Shown here in pieces: positions 12,855 to 23,904 of a stretch of 64,000 nucleotides of DNA; position 1 is the stretch's first letter; every line of letters begins with the position of its first letter. Below the pieces are notes generated by a model, which worked only from the letters and a program-made list of their open reading frames with translations, searched no databases and was not told where the DNA came from. The stretch is from the human T2T-CHM13v2.0 reference genome, Homo sapiens. The stretch lies in the NCBI RefSeq assembly GCF_009914755.1, contig NC_060935.1; one strand, given 5' to 3'. The position numbers were made by a program, and so were the translations under genes.

Positions 12855-13200
12855 TGTATTTATTTATTCCCCACTATTTACTGAGGACCTAATATACCCA
12901 GGCACTCTTTTCCATGCTGTGGATAAAATGCTGACCAAAATAAAAATGCTTCCTGCTCCCAAGATGTTTTCAATCTAGCAGGGAAGAAAGTTAATAATAA
13001 AATTATATCCCACACAAACAATGTGCTATACATGGGGTGTTATGAACACACACAGCACAAGGAGCCTGTCTGAGAGACCAGGAGGGTGTCCGGATGAGGT
13101 GAGACTTGCACTAAGCTACAAAGATGGGGAGGAGTTAACTGCAGACTGGGAGAGAGAGGGAGGAAGAACTTAGTAACCACAGGTACAAAGTCCCTAAAAA
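12855..13200 (-). mobile_element. L2 fragment
   Basis: tttattccccactatttactgaggacctaatatacccaggcact... matches the reverse L2 3' pattern. Confidence 0.55.
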
Positions 13201-13544
13201 AGGAGGAAGAATAACATAACAAAAAACCCATCATCCTCAAATGTATTCTCATATATATTATTTCTATGGATTACTACTTTTTTCAGGTATGGGCGCCTTT
13301 ACTGCATATGCAGCTGAATTCAAACCAGTACAAGAGCGTTTTTTTACACACACATTCACACAAAACAATGCACCAATGAACTTTTAAAATATGAAGGATC
13401 CATGTTTTCCAAGACTTAGACTGTTCTCAAAACTTCACGCAGCACATCTGACTCACTGGAGGAGACCCCTGTAGAATTAGGATCTCCATGGGAAGGGCCA
13501 TGGAATGAGTATTCTAAACAAGCTTCCCTGGTGACCTTTCAAAA

Positions 13545-14045
13545 GGAGTAAATCCAAAACAGAACATGTAATTCTTCCCAGTTTCTTTCTCTCCATAAAT
13601 GGCACCATCAAACTGGGATCAAACCAAAAACCTAGAACTTACACTTGACTTCCCTTTCTCTCTCCCCAGTCCCATGCAATCGATCAGAAAACTGTCATTT
13701 CCAATCTGTGTCTTGTCTATGTCCTGTTTGCTCATTCAAGCCCCCATTGTTTCTCCAACTGCTCTATAGTAGTTCCCTATCTAGTCCACAACAGCCCCAT
13801 AGCTAGTCTTCCTGTTGTTGAACTTTCATCACACAGTAATTCTGGAGTGAGACTTTTTAAAAAAGCAATGACCTGTTGTAGATTTTGACTCATTTTAATT
13901 TAATTAACAACTCTCTCAAGGAAGCTACTTCTCTGGCCCTAATTTACAGGTGAGGAAAGTCAGACTTAGGGAGCACTCAAGGTCACTAGAGGTCAAACCA
14001 GGATTTTAACCCAGTTGTCTGAACTTGCAAGCCTGCTCCCTAAGG
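13545..14045. mobile_element. L2 fragment followed by MIR
   Basis: L2-like ataaatggcaccatc...aaaaacctagaa...cttgacttcc, then MIR core tttacaggtgaggaaagtcagacttagggag (13943-13975). Confidence 0.55.
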
Positions 14046-14073
14046 TATACTACATTTAAAAAGTATTATTTTT

Positions 14074-14247
14074 ATTATTTTATTTGGTTCTAAGATGCAT
14101 GTGTTTTTAATTAAAAGTCTTTGAAGTTGGAGCTGTGTGTTGCAATCAATGACATGTCATACTTTAATTGACATCAACTTTTCCTTGTGGTATATACAAT
14201 AATTGCATATCTTACAACTGACAACTCTTAGAGTTGGTGAAATACAG
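14074..14247. mobile_element. MER104-like Tc2 non-autonomous DNA transposon
   Basis: ~175 bp with degenerate TIRs (tattttatttggttctaaga ... tcttagagttggtgaaatacag) and internal repeats tgttgcaatcaatgac / tcttacaactgac. Confidence 0.65.
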
Positions 14248-15729
14248 TATTTGTTGAAGGAATGAGTCAATGAATGAATGAGAGTAGGTCAGGGGAGCTA
14301 CCCTGAACATCTCTGCTTTATTTAGGCTTTGTCTCCAAGGTATCACCACTTACAGGACACATTGAACACTTCAGAAAAAGATGGTAGTGACCTCTATAAC
14401 CATTCTTATTACCATCATTATTTATGGTTCCAATTAATCTTATTTTAACTTATGTAAAAAAAGAACTAAAGATAAAGTTACATTAGAGTAACCCACCTTT
14501 GTTTAACATTTCCTGGTAACTATTAAAAATTTAGTCACTGAGTTATTTCTTCCAAACTGCTACTGTGAGATGTTTTAAGGCATTAAACAAACCCATTTTC
14601 ATTACTCTAGGTGGTTTGAACTAGATGTTCCTAATTTTAGGGACCATTATTATTCTTCTTTGTGAATCATACACTTCTAAAAATAGCCCAATGTTTTCTT
14701 GTGTTAGAGGAGAAAAAAAATAGAATGCTTGCCCTTCTATTTGCATGTATTTTACTTTATGTGGATGGTTTGGACTGGACATTTGGGGATTTGCAGCATT
14801 ACAATCAGTAAATGAGGAATATCTGCCTAATCAGTCATGCACTAGTAGTAATATTAAACATAAAAATTTACACTGTGGTTTATAAAATGCTTTCACACAC
14901 TCCTTCTTACTTAATCTTATTTAAAACACTCCATAACTGTGTAAGGATAGACATGGCCCTTCACACTCCGCATTTTCTTAATTGTATTTCTCTCTAAATA
15001 CTCTCAGGGCTCTGAAATGACTACTTCAGATAGGCCCAAAGTCATGAATTAGCCAAGGAGATACAGGGTCAAGAGTCTTAGCGAATTCTGGAAGTACTTT
15101 TCTGAGTGGTAATGATTCTGCAACTGCAAACCAGAGTTCACTAATGTCTTTTGTGGCACCTAACATGAAAAAATTGGGTTAGAGAAAATCTAGGGAGCAG
15201 AACCTGGGCAGCTGGAACCCCTTAGCCTGGGACATCTAACTGTGAACAGCTTTGTCCATTCGCCCCACTGTGCTATGCACATACACATGCTCCATGTGTG
15301 TTAAGAAGTGTGAAAGGTTGAGCAATGCTGCACACTTCAGAATAGATTGAACCTTCTGTCTGGGCCCTATCAATCCTGATGTGTGTCACTGAACATATTT
15401 AGGTGGTGCCACGACCACTGATCTACTTGCGGAAGGTAACACAGGAGCTGAGGTGTGCACTACACACATGGCTTTGTGCTGGGGCCCTGAATCTCACTGC
15501 AACATAGATGCTAAGACTCACTCACCATCCCAGCCTGGATGCTGCCTTTTTCCCGGGGCTAATTCCATGCTAATCCAGGGGCTTTTGAAAAGCTTTAGGG
15601 CTTTGGGAAATTTCTAGGAATAACATAATGATCTCTCGGGAAACAAAACTCAGAGTAAGAATATACTGCCTATTCCACACTCTGCCTTTTCTTTATCTCC
15701 CAGTGCCTTGAAAACACTTTCACAAACTG

Positions 15730-15763
15730 CCCCCGCCCCCCCCCCCCCCCCTTCCCCCCCCCC
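15730..15763. repeat. Poly-C tract C5-G-C16-TT-C10
   Basis: Read directly from the sequence. Confidence 0.9.
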
Positions 15764-17236
15764 GCTAAGATGAACTTCCTAAGTGAGATTTCCTGGTGAG
15801 CCAAATAGCACTAGGACTAGATGCGTGCCCAGAACACATCCTGTCTGGTTAACCCAGCACTATTGAGTAAGAGCAGGTAGCTGAACCACATCAATAAAAT
15901 GGGGTACCAGTCCTTTATGTTAAAAGAGCTTAGCAGCCAAGCCATTATACAGAGCTGTAATGCCAGAGGCTTTATGACCCTCCGGGAACCCACAACCTCT
16001 GGGAATTTTTACCTTCTATCCCATTTAAATCCGAGAGGCTTCCCCGCCCTGCTGGCAGCTCCAGAGTTACTGCTGAGACTCAGGGAGAAGCTGTTATGAA
16101 AAGCTGAGGTTGTTGCTAAGCAAAGGCAGTCTCAGGGAGGCAACTGATAGCGCAAAAGCAACACCTGGTCGAACTGAAATTGACATGACAGCTTCTCTCG
16201 GCTTTAGGCTGCCTTCGCCAGGGTTAGCGTTCCATTCGCCTAATATCGGAAAGGCGATAAGCATAGACAATTGCAGTTCCTTCAACAAGCATCCAGTGGG
16301 GGAATAGTGAGGAATATGGCAAACTGCAGGGTGAGCAAAGCTATCTTGAAGGATGAGGTCCTCAGAGTATCCTCAATGCCCAGCACCCTCAATGCACCAC
16401 GTGTCCTCTGTCGGGGAGGGGTGAGCCGTGTGGAGGAAGCAGCTCCCACACCTGCACGTCCTCCACTGTCCTCATCTAGAGAAAGGAAATTGTGAAGAGA
16501 AGCGACTTCTTCCTTTGGGAGCCTTCAGACTCTGGCGAATATGAGTGCAGAGCTCCTGGCATCTGGTGTTTAGGTGGTTTCGAAACAGAGGAGCTCACAA
16601 CAGTCCATCAGTGGCCTCGTCTTCCTTCAAGAGCCCCACTGTGGACTCAGTACTATGCGTGGTGTGTTGGGAGATGCAGGAGACCTGCTCGGGGTCTCCT
16701 CTGCAAGGCATCCTCTGCGCTACAGCACTGATACATACTGATACGTTAAACAGAGATTTCTTAAAAAGACAGCAGAGCCAGAGGACATGGCAAATGGTGT
16801 GCACATGTCCTCTGGATAGAGGAAGGTCAAAACAAACAGAGCGGCATGGGGACAGCTGGGAGGGCCAGGGAAAGCCAGGACTTGAGGAAGGAGCCGGGAG
16901 ACAGTAAGATGTGGATGAAAAACGGTCAGGCCTCTCAGCAAGGGAAGCCACATGAGGGAAGCCCTGCAGTGGGAATGAGCAGAGCAATTAGACCTTTCTT
17001 TACTGACACGTGGCAGCAAGAGATGGCTGAAACCCCGTGCATTGCTCAATTTTTGCCTGCCTCTAACACATAGTAGCAAAGAGAAGATAAAGGAAATATC
17101 ATAGGTAAATACACTCAGCTTGTTCCTGTAAAGCTTTGACTGCAAACACCCAGGTAGAACCTCTAGCCCAGGAGCTGGGCTGGATCTCCTGTGAGCCACA
17201 GTCCTTTTCCATCTCTCACTTAAGGACTTACTACCC

Positions 17237-17512
17237 TGGGAGGCTGAGGTGAGTAGATCATTTGAGTCCAGAAGTTTGAAACCAGCGTGGGCAATGTGGC
17301 AAAAACCCTGTGCCTATGAAACAAATACAAAGATTAGCTGGGCAAGGTGGCACATGCCTGTAGTCCCAGTTATTTGGGAGGCTGAGGTGGGAGAATCACT
17401 TGAGCCCAGGAGTTCGAGCTGCAGTGAGTTGTGACCACGGCACTGCACTCCAGCCTGGACAACAGGGTGAGACCCTGTCTCAAAAAAAAAAAAGAAAAAA
17501 AAGAAAAAAAAA
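17237..17512 (+). mobile_element. AluJ, 5'-truncated
   Basis: Alu dimer starting at tgggaggctgagg with J-type right arm (gagcccaggagttcgag) and an A tail. Degenerate TSD aaggacttactacc (17222-17235) / aatgacttactgcc (17511-17524). Confidence 0.9.
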
Positions 17513-17754
17513 TGACTTACTGCCTTAAGAGCAGAAGGGGTTGCTTCCTGTTCTCTTCAGGCTAAACTTGACTCTCTAATGCAAAGAAGAAAAGAGGGCA
17601 TTATATTCTAAGACCAAGCTTTTTAACAGTAAACAAATCCTCTGCAGCTGGTATGCCAAGGTATCAGGGCAGACTCCAGCCCCCAGAAGCAGGCCTGCAG
17701 AACCAGCTGTGCTAAGCATTAACTGACTAGAACTGAGCACCTTCTTTGGCCCCT

Positions 17755-18345
17755 CCAAATCAATTCTTCATCCTCCTCCATCCTGCTCTGCACCCAGAAG
17801 GCTGACCTTAACTGCAAGCCTCAAATGGACCCCTTGACTGTCTAGCTCCAGGCTGGATCTTGCTAATGGGAGACACCTGCAGAAGAGTGGAAGGGAGAGA
17901 AAAGAGAAGTTGGGCTACTCCTCCCTTGGGCCCCTTCCTACTGGGCAGGAGTCAGCAGAGTCCCTATTTCTCTATAAAATCCTCGGTTCCCATCAGTGGT
18001 TTCTCTCCATGGCCACAAATCTAACCAGATTCTCATAAACACTCCGTCACTTTGACCTTTGCTGCCATGGTGTCTGCATGATGTGGATTCCTCTGCCTCA
18101 AAGTCTCTCCCAGCACTCCCCAACATTTGCCTGATTAACCCCAACTCTGCTTAAATGTCATTCTCTCCACAACTCCAGAGGGGTATTAACAGCTTCCCGA
18201 TGTTGCTAGACCTGGGGCATCTCACCATCCCTTGCTTGTTTTCTTTAACCTCAAGCACATCATTGTACCTGAGCTCCCATTAATCTCTCTTCAACCACAC
18301 TTTTGAGTAGGCCACCTGCATCCTGCAAAACTCCGGAATGATACC
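17755..18345 (+). mobile_element. LTR33-like ERVL solo LTR, interrupted at 18058-18170
   Basis: Contains catcctgctctg...aggctgacc, tgttgctagacctgggg...caccatcccttg and tttgagtaggccacctg...tgatac, matching the LTR33-family layout as I recall it. Confidence 0.6.
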
Positions 18346-19490
18346 TACACAGCTGGATTATGGAGAGGTGCAGGGGGTCCTGGGGGGCATGTCCAGAATG
18401 TCCACAGACAATGGAGGCTTTCAGTGGGACAGCCAGTAGGGAAGCATTTCAATCTGTCAGTAGCTGCTGGAATCACACAAAGGGGTGCTGTCTCATCACT
18501 CTTGGCCTGATTGCTAACCGCACTCGACTCATTTTTACAAATAAAGAAACCAAGACTCAGGAAGGTCAAATGAAATGGCCCATCATGATTTTCCTGTCTG
18601 CAAAGGTTTTTGGGTAACAGCTTATGAATCCTTTTAGGAAAGTGAATGCCACATTCTATATATAAACCATGACATATAAAAGAAATATGTAAGAAATTTT
18701 TTCAAAAGGGTCAGAACCCTGACTGCATTTATGTTCTTTACCTGTGATTTTTTTTTTTTTGGTCACTTACTCAATGAATTTATTTTCTGTGCTCCCTAGG
18801 AAGAGCTGTTATCCTAGCAAAGACCTTATCTAATTCTTTGTTTTGGTACAATGTCCAACATGTTTTCTGGCATTTAGCGAATGTCTATTAATAGCCACTT
18901 ATTCATGGAGGCTCCGTGCTCGATGTGATCACTTGCTGTTTCACATACAGACAGAATAAGGGATCCTCTTCTTTCTATATGAAATCACAGATCAGCACCA
19001 AGAGGGCTATCAGAGTCCTGTCACTCATCCCTGTCTCTAGCCAGTGCTGAGTTTGAACTGTGAGGATCACAGCAGCATCTCCCATGGACACCTGTGCTCA
19101 GGTCCCCTGGACGGTCCTGGGCTCTGCAGCCCCAACAGTGCGAAGACACTTTCTCTTGTTTGATCCAAATCTCTGCCTGGTGCCACATTGTGCACACAGG
19201 GGGCAAAAGAAACCAAATACAGACAAGCCAGGAGAAAACAGATTAAAAATGAAGGCAAACCAAGTGGAGCATTATGGCCAAGAATGGAAAGCCTGTAGGC
19301 TCACCTTCCGTTGTTGGAAACAAAAAGAGGGTCTGATTTAATAGATTCCAGCACAGTCATTTATTCACTCAACAGACAGATGTTAAGCATTAGCTATGTT
19401 TCAGGCACCATTAGGGACTAAGGACATAGAAATGAATATGGTATCAGCCCTGTCCACCAGGAGTGTTCCACTTAAAAAAGGATAAATATT

Positions 19491-19797
19491 GGCCAGGTGC
19501 TGTGGCTCACACCTGTAATCCCAGCACTTTGGTAGACGGAGATGAGTGGATCAGGAAGTCAGGAGATCTAGACCATCCTGGCCAACATGGTGAAATCCCA
19601 TCTCTGCTAAAAATACAAAAATTAGCGAGGCCTGGTGGCATCCACCTGTACTCCCAGCTACTCAGGAGACGGAGGCAGGAGAGTCGCTTGAACCCCGGAG
19701 GCAGAGGTTGCAGTGAGCCGAGATCGGAGATTGCGCCACTGCACTCCAGCCTGGGTGACAGAGCAAGAGTCCATCTCAAAAAAAAAAAAAAAAAAAA
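19491..19797 (+). mobile_element. AluS (AluSc-like), full length
   Basis: Complete dimer with gagatctagaccatcctggccaacatgg and a poly-A tail. Perfect TSD aaaaaaggataaatatt (19474-19490 and after the tail) at a TT/AAAA endonuclease site. Confidence 0.95.
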
Positions 19798-20089
19798 GGA
19801 TAAATATTGCAAAACATTACTACTGCCTGTGGATGATTTCTTCCCATATTCAGGGAGCACCTACTACATTGCAATAGCTCAGGATATGAACAAGGTAGCT
19901 TCTGCTACTCCCTTCATGGTGTTTACACTCCAGTAATGGGGTGGTGTTAACCAATAACATTTCCTAATAATTATGCAAATACTGTAGTACCTATGGCCTA
20001 GGGGTTTTGTTAGGAGTAAGTAAGTTACTATATATAAAGCACTTTGAACAGCATCTGACCTAGAATAAGTGATTAATAAGTGTAGAAGG

Positions 20090-20400
20090 AAAGGTACGTT
20101 GTGAATGCAGAGGAAAAACTGGGGACCCAAACTGTTCTTGGGGGTCAAAAAAGACCTCGTGGAGGGAATGACATTTACGCGGAATTGGGGTTAATCAGGC
20201 AAAGGTTGGGGAAGGCTGGGAGAGACTTGCAGGCAGAGGATTCCACATCATGCGGACACCATGGCAGCAAACAGCTTGAAGTACAAAGGGCTGGCTGGAA
20301 GGCATGGTGACGGAGGAAACTGGATGTCCTCAGGGAGGGGGTTGTGCAGAGCCCCACAGGCTGGACAGAGGCTGGACTAGAGTCCAGTCCTGACAGCACA
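20090..20400 (-). mobile_element. L2-like fragment; donor of the inverted 113-bp copy
   Basis: Purine-rich pattern typical of antisense L2 (ggagggaatgacattt...gcaggcagagga...). Confidence 0.5.
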
Positions 20401-23379
20401 AGTTCCAGCTACCTCCCTGGAACATCCCAGGCCCTCCTGCTAGGCATGTGGCCTCCTGTAGTGCTTAGGGCCGCTATTTGGAAGGGGAGTCCAGATTGAC
20501 TTAGGACTCTCTTGATGTGCTTACCAGGTGTATGGGCCTTGGACACTGAGTAGAACCCGCCTGCAACAAGTCTCGTCTGGAGCACAGAAGCTAGGTATGG
20601 CCTCAGTCACAGCTGTGGGGACAAAGGCAGGGCCACTCTCTGTAAAGAGGCATATTTGCATGCTGGTCAGTCCACCCGCCATGCTGTCCTCACTGGGACA
20701 TGCCCCCGTCAAATTGTCCAAGGCCATTCCTACAAAAACTCACCTGGTAAGCTAAGCTTCCTGTCAAGCGAGGCATTGAAAGCACTGGAGTGAAGATGCC
20801 AGGCTTTGGCCTTAGAGATGTGAGTTACATGGGCCGAGCTGTGGAGGACCTCTGTGCCTGGCACTGGAACTGTGCCCGGGGAACAAGAAGGAGCTCACGG
20901 CCTGATACGAATGGGGCCATTCTGGGGACAGCCTTGAAGTGGCTCAAAAATGGGCAGCAGACGCAGTTTTGGGGGATGCAGCAGCTTTCCCACAACAGCA
21001 AAGCCTTCTTAAAGCCAGGACTGGAATTAAGCAGTGGTGGCTGCCACTTGCCTGGCTACCTCGGTTCCCAGATGAGAGGTAACTCACAAGGGTCTTCAAG
21101 GAAAAGGCGGTCCCTCCCCGCCATCATCACTCAGGGCCCTGCACCCCCAGGCCTGTGTCCAGTGTGTTCATGTGCTGGGGCTCTACTGTCCAGGTGACAC
21201 CAGAGGGAACCGGCACTGCAGCACGGCAGCAGCACAGCCTCCAGCCCCCACAGGCTCAGGCCGGGCACCTGCCCTGCTCCTCCCAGACAGCCACATGCCC
21301 CAAGCAGGAGCACTGTATTTGTCCTCGCAAAACACCAAAGGTCTTGTCCATCCTTTCTCTAGGACAGGCAGGACTATCGACCATATCTTTACCTTTCTAA
21401 AGGAGGCTGCACTCAGAGCTTCCAGAGTGACCTTCTCTCTAAAGGACATCACTCACGCACTTCTTCGGTGTCTAAGAGAGGCCACTCAGTGATTCTCAGG
21501 ATATTTTTTCTGACTGAGCCAATACCATGAAGCAACTGGCACTACTTCAACAAAGAAAAAGAATTGTGCACATTCGTTTCATCTTAATGGTAAATCCTGA
21601 TTCAAAGGCTTTGAGGACAATATCCTAGTTAAGGAAACTAGTTTTAGAAGAGTATACAAATAAAAGACTTCCACCTTCAGTGCTGGTAGAGCAACCAGGA
21701 GTGGATTGATCCAGCAGCCTCACACAACTGGAGTAGGAGCTATGTATAGGAAAGTGCAGTCTTCCCACATTGGTCAGGGAAGGGTGTGGGTTCTGCCTTC
21801 ACTCAGATAGGAGCAGAGGCCAGCTGCCCTCTTGCTCACATTCATGGGGCAGGCATTGGCACACATCTCGGGGCATTTGGTTATATTTTGGGTGATCTGA
21901 TGCAAGATTTGGGAGATCCGGATACAGCGCCCGTGTGTGTCCTGCTGGTTTTAGAATAGAGTCAGAAGCACGTTTCCGCACGGCGGCCCTACCGCCCGGG
22001 GGAGCACAGACTTGCCTGCATCTGCGGGGCCCTGGCACATCACAGAAGGAAGACAGGTTGTTGGAACTACATTGATGTAGTTAGTGTCCCCGAGGGATAT
22101 CCTATTAGAAACCGGCTATATCAAACAGGGAGTAAGACCCACGCAATTTTTTTATGAATTGTCTAAAGCGGTAAAATATTTTAAAATCTCTCCAAAGCAT
22201 CAGAGGAGAAAGGGCCCTGTAAGATAATATGTATGTCAGTATCTGCGTACACCCAGTTTCTAAAACTATAGAAGACTGCTTGAACTAGAAGGGAGGTCTG
22301 TGCCAGATGTACCTAGAGGATGTCAGGCTGTGTCTATACTGTGTGAACACACCTGTGTGGGCGAGTGGCAGGCTGTGAAGTCCAGAGAAATGCCCCAAAA
22401 TATCTACACTGCAGGCGATTTTATTAAGTGCAGTGACAGAAAAGATTTTAAACTGTGACTCTACCAAGCCATTTAGACATTACTAGGCTGGCGGGTCCCT
22501 GAGGCAAGAAAAAAGGATGATAATTTAAAAAGTCTACAAGACCCTGCACAAAAGGTCATCTGTGACCTCAAAAGTGCTAACGCCTCAGTCCCTGTCACCA
22601 AGGGCTTAACAACACTTAAACAGTAGCTGGTCATGTGGAGGCTGTAAGAACTTGCATGTCAATTTTTTCTACCATGAAACATGGGGCCAAGGAGGCTCCG
22701 CACAGGTGTTGACTTTAGAGGAGCAGCTCCAGGAGGTTGTGCAGGAGGGAGCATGGGATGGAAGCAGACAAAGGATTCCACATGACCTGCAGACTTGAAA
22801 GACTCCTTACCCTGGAATGGCATGCTGAGAGTCCACATTTGGACCTGAGTGTTCCACTGGTAGTGAGTAAGGTTAATTCTGGAAAGTGCAGAGAGAGGAC
22901 CAATAATAAAGGTTCCTGAGTAACAGGAGGTCAGAGGAAGCTGGGCTCTGAAGCCCACCTGAAGTCCCAGCTTCGGCCTCAGGGGCAGGAGTTGACGTGG
23001 GTTTCACAGCACCTCGAGATCAGTCCACAGTGCTGAGGGCTTTCTTGAGGGAGGCAGTAGTCAATCTTGTCCTCCAGATTGACTCAGAATTCTTTTACAC
23101 CCACTATTCTTCTTACTAGAATCCAAGCATAAGCAAGTCTGCTAAGAAAACCAACCTCCAGTGCTCACTGTTTCTCAACGATGGTCTCTGCGGAGGCAAG
23201 TCTGAAGAAGAGACACAGTGATTCCAGGGGCCAAGGGTTCAGCCTCGTAGGGGATGTCCTTATAGCTACTTCCATGGCAACCACTTCAAGAAGAGGCTGC
23301 ACTCAGTTCTCAAAGAGGGAAATGTCTAGAAAGCCTTAAGGCAATGAGTGCAATCACTGCCTGTTTTGAGTAAAGTAGA

Positions 23380-23904
23380 TGTACTCGTTTTCTGTTGCAG
23401 CCGTAACAAATCACCAAAGCACATAGTGGCTTAAAACAATCCACATTTATTATCCTACAGTTCTGGAGGTCAGAAGTCCAAAATCAGTCTCACTGGGTTC
23501 AATCCAGGTGTAGGCAGGGCTGGCTCCATTCTGGAGGCTCTGAGAGTGAAATCTATTTCCTTGATGTTTTCAGGTTCTGGAAGCCACCTGTCCACCTTGG
23601 CTTGTAGAGCCTTCCTCCATCTTCAAAACACAGCGTCTTCTCCCCTCTCTCACTCCGACTCTGCTTCCTCTGTCACATCTCCTTCTCTCACTTTAACCCT
23701 CTTGCCTCTGCCTCTCATAAGAACCCTTTATGACTGCATTGTATCCGCCCAAATACTCCAAGGTGACCTCCCTATCTCAAGAGTTTGAACTTTAGTCACG
23801 CCAGCAATGTCTCTTTTTTCAAGTAAGGTAACATATTCACAATTTCTGGGGATTAGGATGTGGAGATCTTTAGGGGTGTATGGGAGCATTTTTCAGCCTC
23901 CACA
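23380..23904 (-). mobile_element. MaLR solo LTR (MLT1D-like)
   Basis: TG...CA ends with gtaacaaatcacca...gtggcttaaaacaa...cagttctggaggtcagaagtccaaaatcagtctcactggg and taaggtaacatattcaca...ggggattagga. Confidence 0.85.

Noticed and set aside
19463-19936. 157-aa and 117-aa ORFs on both strands
   Set aside because: Typical translations of the AluSc sequence.
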